From assembly GCA_020628915.1 (NCBI GenBank), contig JAHDEI010000001.1:19985-83984 (forward strand): a stretch of DNA of 64,000 nucleotides. The letters run 5' to 3'. Below, one piece after another: positions 38,101 to 47,834 of the stretch (the stretch's first letter is position 1; each line of letters begins with the position of its first letter). The DNA comes from Minisyncoccota bacterium (GTDB lineage Bacteria; Patescibacteriota; Minisyncoccia; Phycocordibacterales; GCA-2747955). A program made the position numbers and the translations under genes. Under the pieces are notes generated by a model. The model searched no databases, was not told the DNA's origin, and worked only from the letters and a program-made list of their open reading frames with translations.

Positions 38101-41100
38101 ACCAGAATACGTCTACCGCAAAATTTCCAGACGCATCAATTGAACTAATGGTTGGGTCAGGAATGATTCCTCCCCCTGGTGCAGTTGTAACTGAAACCGT
38201 TCCATTTTCTGCTCCGCTACATACCCCTGTTACTTCGGTTGGACTGTTCACTGAGTCACCAGCACTTGGAGTAATTACTGTAGGCCCGGATGGTGCTGTT
38301 GTGTCAACCTCATACTCTTCATCAGCGCCAGACGGAAGATTTGAATCAAGTAATAAACCAAAATTATCGTTGATATCATGTCCTGGATCTATAGCGATCC
38401 CCAAGAATCCATTTCCTGTTACATTATTTACAGTCACCAAATATGTTTGCGCATCTACTTCTGTAATACTCTGAACTGTACCAGTAACACTTCCAGTCAA
38501 GTCAACTACAAAATCATCAGTTGTTACGTCGCTTACATCTTCGTTGAATGTAACTTCAAAGCTAACCAATGTGTCACTTGTGGTTGCGGTTGTTGGATTT
38601 GATCTTGTGATGTCAACTACTTCTGGCTTTTGCTCAACAGCAAAAGTTACGTATGAATCATCAGCAATGTCAAGTGCAGCACTAAAGAATGATCCATCAT
38701 CAACCAACTGCGCTCCTGTGTCTGCTCCGTCAAATGTTGTATCAGTACTTTGAACAACCACGGGAATTCCTGCTGGAAAAATAATAGTGCTCGGGACAGC
38801 AAGATGTACCGTTCCGGCATCTAGTGTTTCGCTAAACTGCCAAGTTCTTGCTAGTGCATCCCCTGAAACACCATTGTATGTTCCAGTAAATGTTGTCGCA
38901 GCCCCATCATGTCCTGCCACCAAGTATGTTCCATTTGGTAATACCGTTCTTAGTGGATCATTATTTGCAGATGTAAAATCACTGTCGGTTGAGAGGTACA
39001 AAACCGAATCCGTTTCTTGTGAGTGCGCCACATTCTGCCTAAGCGCTGTAGCATCATCTCGTGCCAACCCAACAATTCCTTGATTGTACGCACTTGTTGA
39101 GGCTGCATATACTGTCGTTGATCCTGTTGAATCAAGATAGTCGTTTGGTAGAGTCAGACCATATTTAATACCGAGATAAGATTCAATACGCTGTAGATTA
39201 ATATCTGCGACCTCAGCGTCATAAACAATTGACTCTGGGATAAACCCGTTAAAGCTATTTGTGCCATCTTGTGCTCCCACGGCAAGTGTTGCGCCATCAA
39301 CATACGAATGAATCGTGTTATCTACTACACCAACGCCATCTACTCTAATAACATTATCTGGTGTTGTGGTTCCGTTTCTTATTACGACCAGAGCAGTCTC
39401 ACCTGCAGTCACTGATCCTCCGGTAATAGTATTTCCGTCATGATCTAGAGTTAGAGCAGCAGCGCCAGATGTAAGGTACATCCCATGCGTTGCTCCCGAC
39501 CCACCACCAATAATTGTCTGTTGGCCAGCATTTGAGTTTTGCTTTACAACCGCAACTTTTGTATATGGATTACTGTCTCCAAGCAAATCTGCTGTGAGTG
39601 TCTCCATGCCTGCAAAAGTAAAATCTGCGCTTGGTTGGAAGTTATTATCTTTTGAATATTCAACATATGTAGGCTGGGCCCCGGTGTTTCCAAATCCATC
39701 ATTGCCTCCTGCGCCGGTATCTACCCATCTACTAATTGCTCCACCATTTGTGACTGTATTTGGTCCATCATCTGCTTTATACCAGACTAACAAGCTCGCC
39801 TCTGTTGCTCCTGGAGCGCTTAGAGTCATAATGGTTGCAGTATCAGAAGTCAAACCAAAGAGAGTAAAATCATCAGCTGGTCCAACTGTTGGGTTCTGAA
39901 AGTCTCCAGCAGAATAATTTGACATATCCCAGGAAACAAAATCAACTTCTCCAGTCATATTTTCCCCAGCTGGGAGTACACGTAGCATATCTGTTGGACC
40001 AAGTAGTAGTGCATTAAACGGCGAAACTCCTCCTAGGTTGTTCCACGTTCCTCCTCCATCTAATGAGTACTGCCAGGTACCAACTCCAGTATCAACCGAG
40101 AAACCAGTAACTGCAATACCGCTATCATTGGCTGTGGGACTTGTGTTAGATGTACCAAGGATCTCTGCAACTGTGTTCCCAGCTGGATTCATATCATTTG
40201 GATCGACGTCGTCAAGTTCCATGATGTCAGTTACCGGGTTCACTACCACATTAATAGTAGCTGTATTGGTAGGGTCTGTAGCTCGTGCAACCCCAAGACC
40301 GTATGATGCTGACCCATCGTTGTTATATCCCGCCGGTGGATCAATCTCAATAGTATTATTAATAATTGCATTTGCTCCCAACTGCCATTCTCCTCCTCCA
40401 AGATTTAGTGCTGGTGGAGTAAAGCCAAATTCATCTGGTACATTAGAGAAAATAATTGGCTCAGGTCCAAACCACTGAATTGACGCTATAAACAAGTTTG
40501 CTCCGTATGAGTTTGCTCCGCTGACATTTTTTTGCTCAAGATCAATTCGTAAAGTATCTTGCCCATCAACATTAATTCGAGTCAGATTCGTAGAGCCTGG
40601 GAAACCATCAGTGAGTGCATTAAAGTCGGCTTTATTACTCACCACTCCTGACTCTGGAAGATCCGTATCTTCATTAAACAGCCTGGTACCCAAATCAAGA
40701 TCAGACCAAGAAACAGTATCTGGTGTTGACGCACGAGTGTTTACCCAGTTACCGCTTGATTTGTCTTCATATACTCCAGGAGAGACTTCTTTATCAATCT
40801 CGACAATAGCACTCATGGTTCCCCAGTTTTCATTATCTGCACTCCCTCCTGTGCGGTTAAATGCAACAATATTGATGAGACCAAGTGAGGCCCCTGATGG
40901 AATGTCCAAATCAAGACAATTTTCGGGTGCAGCTACTGGGTCACAAGTGTCACGCGAGTCCTCTGGACTATTTAAATCAATAGTATCAATACTTGACCCC
41001 AAGAACATGGCTGCTGAAGCCTGTTCTGCCCGTTCATAAAACTCAACTGCGTACTGAGAGATAAAGTTTGATCCTGCTGAGTCTGCAACATCAAATGTTC

Positions 41101-42211
41101 TTTCGATAAATAATTTACCTCCAGACACATAAACGTCAGGAGAATGCGATACATTTGCGTTTGCCACAATGTCTCCAGTTGTTGTAGCCTCTGATCCGAC
41201 AGCAAGCACACCTCCGGTAGTTGGTCCAAACACATCAAGGTCTTCAAATCCGTACGTTACGGTTTGAGCTGGCCCACGTCCTCGCAGGTTTGCAACAAGC
41301 CCAGTTACCTTACTGTAATCATCCCGTGATGGCTGGAACTCCATAATCATTCGAGACAAAATTTTTGACTCAACCCGGAAAGAACCTGATGGGCGCCCTC
41401 CAGATTCAGTGATAACAATATAGTCAGTTCCATCAGGAATATCTACAGAGTCAATAGTTACTCCTGTTCCTGATGCAGCTCCCCCATCAAGCACAATAGA
41501 CTCAATTCCTCGCAACAGTGTTGAGTTGTCAACGCTTGAGAGGTACTCAACTAAGTACGCTGTGTTAACTAGTGTCTGAGTTTGAGTAATAGAGAGCGTT
41601 GAGCCTGAGACATCTACTGTTAATGAGTCTCCTGCTGTATTTGCACCAACCGGTGAGTCCGAGTTTGAAGCTGCACCCAATGCAACTCCTGCCCATGCAT
41701 ACGCTCGATGCGAAGTAGTAAAGAATGGGAATGATAATGATCCACTGTATGTTTCATACGTGGTAGATTTTGGATCAAGGTCAACGGTAGTGTTGATTAA
41801 GATAAAGTCATCGTCATCGTCATCATTTGTTGCGTCAGAATTCGTACCGTAAGCTGTAATACGAATTGCTGTGGTATCTGCAGGAATAGTAAAAGTCTCT
41901 GCAACAGTACACTCGTTTTCAGCGGTGTTGTCTGTGGCTTCACAATAACCAATGTCTGAAGACAGATAATCCGGCAACAAACCTCCGTCAGTGTAGGCCG
42001 CGCCCAACAGATCTTTAAGGTCAAATGACGCACCATTGTCTTCGTTCATCTCAATATCAAAAGGGACGATATAATCTGTACTTGGGGCTGCGTGCGCATA
42101 TGACGGCAGTAGGTCAGCTAATCCATAAAATCCATATGGAAAAAGTGCAAATAGTAAAATAAATAAGGAAATTACCACTTGTCTTAATAAAGGTATTCTA
42201 AAAGCGCTCAT
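35150..42211 (-). CDS. Giant (2353 aa) surface protein: LamG-like region, tandem Ig-like repeats, C-terminal peptidoglycan-binding-like domains
   Basis: N-terminal signal/TM; LLVWYKAD; repeated D-AGN motifs and VTFSE; C-terminal CKDPAAINY and AVKRFQ. Confidence 0.88.
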   Translation of the reverse strand: MSAFRIPLLRQVVISLFILLFALFPYGFYGLADLLPSYAHAAPSTDYIVPFDIEMNEDNGASFDLKDLLGAAYTDGGLLPDYLSSDIGYCEATDNTAENECTVAETFTIPADTTAIRITAYGTNSDATNDDDDDDFILINTTVDLDPKSTTYETYSGSLSFPFFTTSHRAYAWAGVALGAASNSDSPVGANTAGDSLTVDVSGSTLSITQTQTLVNTAYLVEYLSSVDNSTLLRGIESIVLDGGAASGTGVTIDSVDIPDGTDYIVITESGGRPSGSFRVESKILSRMIMEFQPSRDDYSKVTGLVANLRGRGPAQTVTYGFEDLDVFGPTTGGVLAVGSEATTTGDIVANANVSHSPDVYVSGGKLFIERTFDVADSAGSNFISQYAVEFYERAEQASAAMFLGSSIDTIDLNSPEDSRDTCDPVAAPENCLDLDIPSGASLGLINIVAFNRTGGSADNENWGTMSAIVEIDKEVSPGVYEDKSSGNWVNTRASTPDTVSWSDLDLGTRLFNEDTDLPESGVVSNKADFNALTDGFPGSTNLTRINVDGQDTLRIDLEQKNVSGANSYGANLFIASIQWFGPEPIIFSNVPDEFGFTPPALNLGGGEWQLGANAIINNTIEIDPPAGYNNDGSASYGLGVARATDPTNTATINVVVNPVTDIMELDDVDPNDMNPAGNTVAEILGTSNTSPTANDSGIAVTGFSVDTGVGTWQYSLDGGGTWNNLGGVSPFNALLLGPTDMLRVLPAGENMTGEVDFVSWDMSNYSAGDFQNPTVGPADDFTLFGLTSDTATIMTLSAPGATEASLLVWYKADDGPNTVTNGGAISRWVDTGAGGNDGFGNTGAQPTYVEYSKDNNFQPSADFTFAGMETLTADLLGDSNPYTKVAVVKQNSNAGQQTIIGGGSGATHGMYLTSGAAALTLDHDGNTITGGSVTAGETALVVIRNGTTTPDNVIRVDGVGVVDNTIHSYVDGATLAVGAQDGTNSFNGFIPESIVYDAEVADINLQRIESYLGIKYGLTLPNDYLDSTGSTTVYAASTSAYNQGIVGLARDDATALRQNVAHSQETDSVLYLSTDSDFTSANNDPLRTVLPNGTYLVAGHDGAATTFTGTYNGVSGDALARTWQFSETLDAGTVHLAVPSTIIFPAGIPVVVQSTDTTFDGADTGAQLVDDGSFFSAALDIADDSYVTFAVEQKPEVVDITRSNPTTATTSDTLVSFEVTFNEDVSDVTTDDFVVDLTGSVTGTVQSITEVDAQTYLVTVNNVTGNGFLGIAIDPGHDINDNFGLLLDSNLPSGADEEYEVDTTAPSGPTVITPSAGDSVNSPTEVTGVCSGAENGTVSVTTAPGGGIIPDPTISSIDASGNFAVDVFWSGVANGNTYDLLVTCIDAAGNTSVTTTVSGISPDLVAPQVQLEQSGVQSDPTYLQAAQFIVTFSEEVDGSTVEVTDFDLSASTAAGVAVSSVSEISPFDGTTYKLTITSTGDGDIQVSLPAGTVQDLAGNLNAGSLSIDNVVTVDTNPPAAPTVNEPVSGATVNSPTNVEIVCNEPDEIITISNSNIIPNPTTYTCTAAGPQDVSVDWADGTSGSTTLSVTLTDPAGNVSPMTDVAVSVDLDDPGVAVEQKVDQTDPTNVNSLTWTITFSEPINETTFDVSDLVLSAFPSGSIAGLTVNGPTEVAPNDDTTYEVEVTGVTDGDAVTLSIPVGVVEDLSGNLNTTSVSTDNQISYDGTAPSAITVDSPTTGSAIGNPTEVFGACEPGSTVVIANSDIQGSPIEVVCDASGMYSVDILWESGTSGSTTIDVYEEDAAGNQSSTISVPVTVDLDPPTTPTITFPSNGGTTDGTVEGVGTPGDTIDVLISPGGQVCQTTVQPDGTWSCDVAPPLVSPGDEGPLFITATATDNAGNMSGPDTVFATGDVTSPSDPTISDPDGSTNVSNPTTVSGTCESNGTVTISNPNIIPDPTEVACTASGTYTTDVLWDAAADGATSTLDVSVTDEAGNTSGTTSVDVFVDLTGPAAPTGISPSTATNNTSLPITGVCEPGSLVTIYGPGIIPDPKTESCTASSTFAAYVQFTDVGTTTVSVIQTDEAGNSSPATSHDVVVSPRISSGGGSSVRFVCKDPAAINYKTYGRHKQSRCEYPEDSSLESVENTETIIPTLTQSTLSVCEPYLTETIALGRSNNPVEVNKLITFLNNHEGEALALDGTYDQDDFEAVKRFQSKYSSSVLEVWGLTQPTGYVYLTTRMKINSFNCNKSLECPVFREFNGRTQNTNSVEVQRTKVFMTELGFYNGPINTIWDDEIYRSMIDFQETFSATMLKPWGLTKGTGYKYKTTNKFMNEMVGCPIGEILLENGVSVSY

Positions 42212-42363
42212 AAATAAAACTACAATGATTTAATAAAACCTGCAGAGTTCCTCAAACCACAAAGAACGTGCATACTACAAGATATAATTATTATGGAATG
42301 TTTATTTAAAATTTTCCAGCAAGTTATCCATAGATAGACAAAAAATAATAAATGTTAATTTAA

Positions 42364-42392
42364 TAAAAAACACCGCCCTGCGGTGTTTTTTA
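42364..42392. repeat. 29-bp direct repeat copy 2 / terminator
   Basis: Identical to 35107-35135, same orientation (same CCT loop). Confidence 0.9.
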
Positions 42393-42581
42393 TTGCCCAA
42401 ACTCTGCCTCCAGTCGCTTGTCGGTCGCTGAGCCGTATAAATCAGTCACCTCTCTTGCTGTCTCTATTTGTTGAACCGCATCTGTATTTACATACGAATC
42501 AACAGGGTCTTCTCCTGCCATGTAATACCAGGCGCCATACAAAACGCCAATCACTATTAATGATGCAATAATTGCCTTCAT
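42390..42581 (-). CDS. Small membrane-anchored hypothetical protein
   Basis: N-terminal TM; stop codon lies at the terminator. Confidence 0.65.
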   Translation of the reverse strand: MKAIIASLIVIGVLYGAWYYMAGEDPVDSYVNTDAVQQIETAREVTDLYGSATDKRLEAEFGQ

Positions 42582-42594
42582 ATATATCATCCTA

Positions 42595-42867
42595 TCACAC
42601 CCCGCGCTTTATTAGATTTAGTTTTGCCCGCCTGCCAAGTTTCTTTATTTTTCGCTCCCTTCTGTGTGCATCTCCATAACTATCATACTCTTCTGAGTAA
42701 ACCAAAGTCACTGGCCTCCTGCTTTCGGTATATTTAGCACCCTTGTTTGGCCCCAACCCGTTATGTTCCCCTATTCTGCGGGGGATATCTTTTGTCAACC
42801 CTGTATACAGTGTCTTATCAGCGCATCGCGCGATATATACGTATGTGACTTCTTCTGGTGTGCTCAC
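42595..42867 (-). CDS. GIY-YIG nuclease (YhbQ/UPF0213-like)
   Basis: YVYIARCADKTLYTG, HN, GAKYT, RERKIKK. Confidence 0.9.
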   Translation of the reverse strand: MSTPEEVTYVYIARCADKTLYTGLTKDIPRRIGEHNGLGPNKGAKYTESRRPVTLVYSEEYDSYGDAHRRERKIKKLGRRAKLNLIKRGV

Positions 42868-42871
42868 AAAC

Positions 42872-44152
42872 TTATCTATTTATAAATTTTCTCGTCGAAG
42901 GACCAAAGTACCCTGTCCCACTAGACAATCCAACAGGCACAAGGATATCTGATCGATAAAAATTCTGTAAACGTACTAAAGCTTGTTTTGTCCGTGTTCC
43001 AAAATATGTAGTCTCATTCCCGACAGAGCCTGCCCCCTCTTCTGAAACAGTGAATCCATATGCATTAAGAAGTTTTTGTAGCTCTCGTACATCTTCACCT
43101 CTTGATCCAATAGTCAGGCTGCGAGTAAAATTAAATTTTGGCCCAGTTGTATCAAGTATTCCTCTCACTCCAGGTAAGATTCCGGTCGTTGGATCCAGGT
43201 CTACCAAATCGAATATTTTTCGAGAATTTGGCCTTACCAGTTTGAACGAATCTCTACTCGTTAGATACACATCGTTGTCACTATTCTTTGGTTCAAAAAT
43301 TACCTCTTGTCGGACAATCCATTTCCCTGCTGCATCATATGATACAAGAGAAGGTGTTTGTTTTAAGAAGTCTTGATCAACGATGTCTGCGTATATTGTG
43401 TCCACCCCGGGGATATACCAAGCCCTGTCTCCCAACATATACAAATCAAACGTCATGGTAGGCATTGCACTCTTGAGAGTCCTCATGGGTAATTGTGGTT
43501 TGTCTGTCGCAAAAGAGATCTCAATTGGTGAGAGTTCGCCAAAGAAAATCGGTGGAGCGATCCGGAGATCAACATTCTCTTCTGCTGCTTTTAGAAAGAT
43601 AGGAATTTGTGACATATCTACCTTGAGTGCAATAAAGTGGAACCCAGGCTTTGAAACATAATATTCCATTTTTTCTTCATCAGCGTCTCCGAATGCAAAA
43701 TCATTCTCTTCAAGCCAGTCAATCAAGTCTCCGGAATCAGTTGCTGTCAAAACAGTAACATCAAAATCCCCCACTTGTTTTTCTTCAACCACCGTTACTG
43801 ACTGATTTTTTGTTGTGGCAACAAATGCATCTGCACTTTCAGCTGCTAATGGCACAGGCTGCCAAGGGTTTGTTGCATTATTGAGCTCTTCGAAAATTCT
43901 TTCTGGCGCTTGGTTAATTTCTGGCTTTGATGGAGTTGGAAAAACAATTGCAAACTCTTTGGCGTCTCCACGAAATTCAGGTCGCAAGATATTAGTTTGG
44001 ATTCCATCATTATATGTAACCAAAATTTCCGTTGCATTTAATGGTTCAAATAACCTCTCTTGCGGAACGATTCCCCACGTGCAAAACCCATATGCAACAG
44101 AAAACGATCCAAAATATATTAGTACTCCCAAAAGTCCTACTTTTTTAAACAT
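42872..44152 (-). CDS. DUF2330 domain protein with C-terminal peptidoglycan-binding domain
   Basis: FCTWG, FAIVFPTP, LIDWLEEN; RSLTIGSRGEDVRELQKLLN...GYFGPSTR. Confidence 0.82.
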   Translation of the reverse strand: MFKKVGLLGVLIYFGSFSVAYGFCTWGIVPQERLFEPLNATEILVTYNDGIQTNILRPEFRGDAKEFAIVFPTPSKPEINQAPERIFEELNNATNPWQPVPLAAESADAFVATTKNQSVTVVEEKQVGDFDVTVLTATDSGDLIDWLEENDFAFGDADEEKMEYYVSKPGFHFIALKVDMSQIPIFLKAAEENVDLRIAPPIFFGELSPIEISFATDKPQLPMRTLKSAMPTMTFDLYMLGDRAWYIPGVDTIYADIVDQDFLKQTPSLVSYDAAGKWIVRQEVIFEPKNSDNDVYLTSRDSFKLVRPNSRKIFDLVDLDPTTGILPGVRGILDTTGPKFNFTRSLTIGSRGEDVRELQKLLNAYGFTVSEEGAGSVGNETTYFGTRTKQALVRLQNFYRSDILVPVGLSSGTGYFGPSTRKFINR

Positions 44153-44223
44153 AAGCCAAGAATTAATGATTAATGTTTTAATTATACACATAAAAAAGCG
44201 ACGGCATTCCGTCGCTTAGATGG

Positions 44224-44751
44224 CTAGAGCAAACCACACTCCTTAGCTGTATCAACAAAAAAATGTCGTTGAATAATTGCATCATCAAGAGCATGGTGTG
44301 GTAACACGTATATCAGAGGATTCATTTTCCCAAATCTGGACCAAGAACAAAACCCCTTATGACCAAACGGTAAACGCACGCCATACTTTGAAGCACACAG
44401 TTGGATAAACATCCAATCAAACCCCACGTTATACGCCACAAACAGCGGATCGTATTGAGAATCAATTACTTCCCTGCTCCATTCAGCAAACATGGTTATC
44501 GCCTGCTTTGGATCAACGCCCTCATCTTTGAGGCGTTCGAAGCCAAGCTTATTAACGCTCATTGCGTTTGGGCAATAATGATCTATATCAGGCTTAAGCT
44601 CGACATAAAATTTCTCTTGTACGTCTGAAATAAGACATGCTCCGATAGACAGCAAAGAGTACGTTAATATTTCAGGTCCGGCCATTTCACCATCGGTAGA
44701 AATGCCGCGTTCAAAAATATTCTGAGGTAGTGGTTTTTGTTTTGTGGTCAC
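44224..44751 (-). CDS. DEDDh 3'-5' exonuclease domain protein
   Basis: ISTDGE, AYNVGFDW, HHALDDA; AAAGGAGG SD, GTG start. Confidence 0.82.
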   Translation of the reverse strand: MTTKQKPLPQNIFERGISTDGEMAGPEILTYSLLSIGACLISDVQEKFYVELKPDIDHYCPNAMSVNKLGFERLKDEGVDPKQAITMFAEWSREVIDSQYDPLFVAYNVGFDWMFIQLCASKYGVRLPFGHKGFCSWSRFGKMNPLIYVLPHHALDDAIIQRHFFVDTAKECGLL

Positions 44752-44893
44752 GTGACCCTCCTTTCAAAGAACAACAAATTAAAGTAGTTTCTTTAAGACA
44801 AACTTAAAGTGATTACTCCAATATACAATGAATTCCTGTTTCTTGCAATATACTGTATACTTGCAACTAGTTGAAATTTAAAAGGAGTCATCG

Positions 44894-45730
44894 ATGACTA
44901 AAATTAATCTTGGTGATAAGTTCTACTCAGTTGACGACAAAGGCTTGGTCACCGTCGGCATGGTTGGAGAAATATCATTAAAGCGTAATGTGAGCAAAAC
45001 TTCGCTTTTATTTTCAAATCCATACGAAACCGACCACGATATTACCTACAAAATATATGGCAAGCATGGACCCAATCACTTTACCGAACCAACGGAGGCA
45101 ATTGCCGAGGCGACCAAGATATTAAGAAAAATCTTACAAAGAGGTCTGGACTCAAAAAAATTAGAAGAAGATCTTCGGTTGCGCCTTGAGCGCTATGAGA
45201 ATTCTCAGGGCGCTGTTGTTTCTGAACTGCTGGAGGTAAAAACGGTTATTAAAAAAAGTATTCCCTTGGTTGTCTCAAGAAATAATATTACTCGCTATGA
45301 TATGTCTACTGTTCCGACAGAATATTTCTATCCTGGGACTCGCGTTTGGGGAATTGTAACTCCTCGTACACATTTCATGACAACGCCAAGAATTTTCCCT
45401 GATACCTTGTATTTTATATTAGATACAGTAATCGAGAGTGCTTCACTAACACAACAAGGCACAAAAGTATCATACCGGACCTTCGGTAGCCGAAGCGTCA
45501 AGCCACGTGATAATCTACTTTGTTTGGACTTAGAAACTGCGCAGAAAAGGATGCAAGAAATTTTCCGTGAACAAACTCCCGGAGAAATTCGAGATGTTTC
45601 TAAAATCCCGATTCTCACAAAGGAGGACGTGGCTGAAGCTGAACGAAAACGCACGGATGCCATCATAAAAAGTAGTACTGCGCTACTTGAAAAAGAGCGC
45701 AGGCTCGGACTCGAGCCTGATCACTCTTAA
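44894..45730 (+). CDS. Orphan protein
   Basis: 278-aa ORF; AAAAGGAG SD; terminator about 45735-45759. Confidence 0.75.
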   Translation: MTKINLGDKFYSVDDKGLVTVGMVGEISLKRNVSKTSLLFSNPYETDHDITYKIYGKHGPNHFTEPTEAIAEATKILRKILQRGLDSKKLEEDLRLRLERYENSQGAVVSELLEVKTVIKKSIPLVVSRNNITRYDMSTVPTEYFYPGTRVWGIVTPRTHFMTTPRIFPDTLYFILDTVIESASLTQQGTKVSYRTFGSRSVKPRDNLLCLDLETAQKRMQEIFREQTPGEIRDVSKIPILTKEDVAEAERKRTDAIIKSSTALLEKERRLGLEPDHS

Positions 45731-45762
45731 AAATAAACCCAGCATCTCGCTGGGTTTTATCT

Positions 45763-46596
45763 TTATTCAAAATCTTCTTTTGTTTTTGTGAGCGGTTTGT
45801 GCTCTCCAAAGAGTTCAGCCAAGTTCCCTCCCGCTTCCTCCAAATCAAATTGATCTTCGGTCACTTTGCTATCAAGTTTTTCAAAAATACCTGCCGCAAG
45901 TAACCCTGTTGGAACCGAATATTCAAACGACTCATCAAATGGAATTTCTGGAATATAACGATTGAAGTCGAACAAATTTTGCCAAATGTTTGTCTTTTTT
46001 AAATCAAAGCCTAACTCGGTGAGCTCGAGCAATGCTGCTTCTGAATCATAGACACCTGCGATGAGCACTTGTTTGTTTTCTAATTGTGCAAGGTACGTAC
46101 GTAGTTGTTCCTGACCAGAAAGAGAAAATAGGTCGAGCTCTGACATAGTTTGCAAGAACTGTGTCTCCTGCCCAGTAACGTAAAATAAATAGGAAGTGTC
46201 GCCGTTTGCAAAAATACACAAACGCCTGGTGTTTATATCAAACGGTACAAAAATGTACCTAAAAAGGTCATGAGTTGGTTTGAATACAACATCAGTAAAA
46301 CCTACTACAGAAAGAGTTTCTTGTTTTCGTTGTTCCGCGGCACGAATAACAACGCGGGCTTTTGGATGAACAAATCTTCGTAGCTCTTTCAGTACGGCGA
46401 TGAACTCAACTCTTTTTTTGATTTCTCCGTTCTTTACCACATCAAACGGGATGGTGATGTGCCCAAAAGCAGAGAGACTGAGAACACCCTTCTTATTTTC
46501 TACCTCAACGTACCGAATAGTTCTATCTGAAAAAGATATACCAGCCGTATACCGAGGCGAGCTTTGTATTTTTTCTTGTATATGTGGCAATAACAT
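45763..46596 (-). CDS. Degenerate PilM-like (actin-fold) protein
   Basis: AGISFSDRTIRYVEV...IPFDVVKNGEI; C-terminal YSVPTGL. Confidence 0.6.
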   Translation of the reverse strand: MLLPHIQEKIQSSPRYTAGISFSDRTIRYVEVENKKGVLSLSAFGHITIPFDVVKNGEIKKRVEFIAVLKELRRFVHPKARVVIRAAEQRKQETLSVVGFTDVVFKPTHDLFRYIFVPFDINTRRLCIFANGDTSYLFYVTGQETQFLQTMSELDLFSLSGQEQLRTYLAQLENKQVLIAGVYDSEAALLELTELGFDLKKTNIWQNLFDFNRYIPEIPFDESFEYSVPTGLLAAGIFEKLDSKVTEDQFDLEEAGGNLAELFGEHKPLTKTKEDFE

Positions 46597-46628
46597 AACG
46601 CGTTCGTTTCCTAATGGTACACGAAATT

Positions 46629-47258
46629 TTAGAAAAGTTTAATGGCAATAACAACAAGAGCCAAAAGTAGAACTCCTGAAAAAAGCATGACGTTTTTTAA
46701 AACTGCTTCAAGCGCAGCAACACCAAATTTCCTCCCTACCCACAAAGAAACACCGTACCTGATAATGCGACCAAAGAAAGCGCCAAGCAAGTACATCACA
46801 ATGGATGCTCCGAAGACTCCAAGTCCAATCGAGAGTGGCGTCAAAGGCATTGGTAGCGAACCAGCTGCTGAGGTAAAAGCAAGGACAAATGCCCCCCTGC
46901 TGAGCAACCCTTCAACAGACGCAATTGTGTCTGCTCCAAATACATTCCCGATAATTCCCAATGTCCCACCACTGATTGCAACACCAATACCAAACGTAAT
47001 CGCGTATCCAAGCAAACTAACGGTTGTAATTAGCAGCGTCAAAAGCCAAAGTGGCAATTTTCTGTTTTTTGCCGCATAAGCAGCCAAAAAGATTTCCATC
47101 GGAATAAAAAGCAAGAAAGCATCAAGAATCACAAACAAACAAAGTGCGTATAATGCGTACTGTGAATCAATCGCTCGTTCAAAAAAACGATACATCCTTG
47201 TCTCTTTTAATTCATCAAATGATTCTTCGAGAATTGTTTTCTTTACAATTTCGGTCAT
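46629..47258 (-). CDS. DedA/VTT (YqaA-like) membrane protein
   Basis: FLLFIPME, LGYAITFGIG, GRIIRY. Confidence 0.8.
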   Translation of the reverse strand: MTEIVKKTILEESFDELKETRMYRFFERAIDSQYALYALCLFVILDAFLLFIPMEIFLAAYAAKNRKLPLWLLTLLITTVSLLGYAITFGIGVAISGGTLGIIGNVFGADTIASVEGLLSRGAFVLAFTSAAGSLPMPLTPLSIGLGVFGASIVMYLLGAFFGRIIRYGVSLWVGRKFGVAALEAVLKNVMLFSGVLLLALVVIAIKLF

Positions 47259-47800
47259 TACGATGCTTTAGTGCCTGGAACAATGGCCATATCAGGTTCC
47301 AGAATTGAAAAATTATCATCATCATTTACAGCAAATATCATCCCATTTGATTCGTGACCAAAAATGGTTCTTGGTTCAAGGTTGGTAACAAACATTGCTT
47401 GTCTGTCTACGAGAGACTGTACATCATCAAAGTATGTAGCAATTCCTGAGACAATTTGTCTTGATTCTGACTCTCCCACGTCTACTTTCAGTAGTAATAG
47501 TTTGTCTGACTTTTCGATCTTTTCTGCTGATAGAATCGTTCCAACACGCACTTCTACATTCTGGAATTGATCGTATGTGATCATCCCGTCTTTTTTTGTT
47601 GGCTCTTTTGCTGCCTTCACTACTGCGTCTGTTCTTTGTTTTACAGCTGATGCTGCTTCTTTTGTTTTTTCGGCTCCCTCCTTAACTAAATCAGATGCTT
47701 CATTTTTTAGATTTTCGGCTGTCTCTTTTACTTCTTGTGCAAATTCAACTGCTTCTTCTGAAGTTAAGATTTTTTTAAATTTATTGATGATGTTTTTCAT
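47258..47800 (-). CDS. tRNA-binding OB-fold protein (MetRS C-terminal/Trbp111-like)
   Basis: ITYDQF...VRVGTI, SDKLL, RQIVSGI, NLEPR, ESNGM. Confidence 0.88.
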   Translation of the reverse strand: MKNIINKFKKILTSEEAVEFAQEVKETAENLKNEASDLVKEGAEKTKEAASAVKQRTDAVVKAAKEPTKKDGMITYDQFQNVEVRVGTILSAEKIEKSDKLLLLKVDVGESESRQIVSGIATYFDDVQSLVDRQAMFVTNLEPRTIFGHESNGMIFAVNDDDNFSILEPDMAIVPGTKAS

Positions 47801-47834
47801 AGTGAACTTATTATATCGTAAAGAAAAAAACAGC

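Noticed and set aside
36084-41039. Many plus-strand ORFs inside the giant gene
   Set aside because: Antisense shadows caused by codon bias (V/S/T-rich mirror)
42323-42332. DnaA-box-like TTATCCATA
   Set aside because: Single mismatched copy; no box cluster or dnaA nearby
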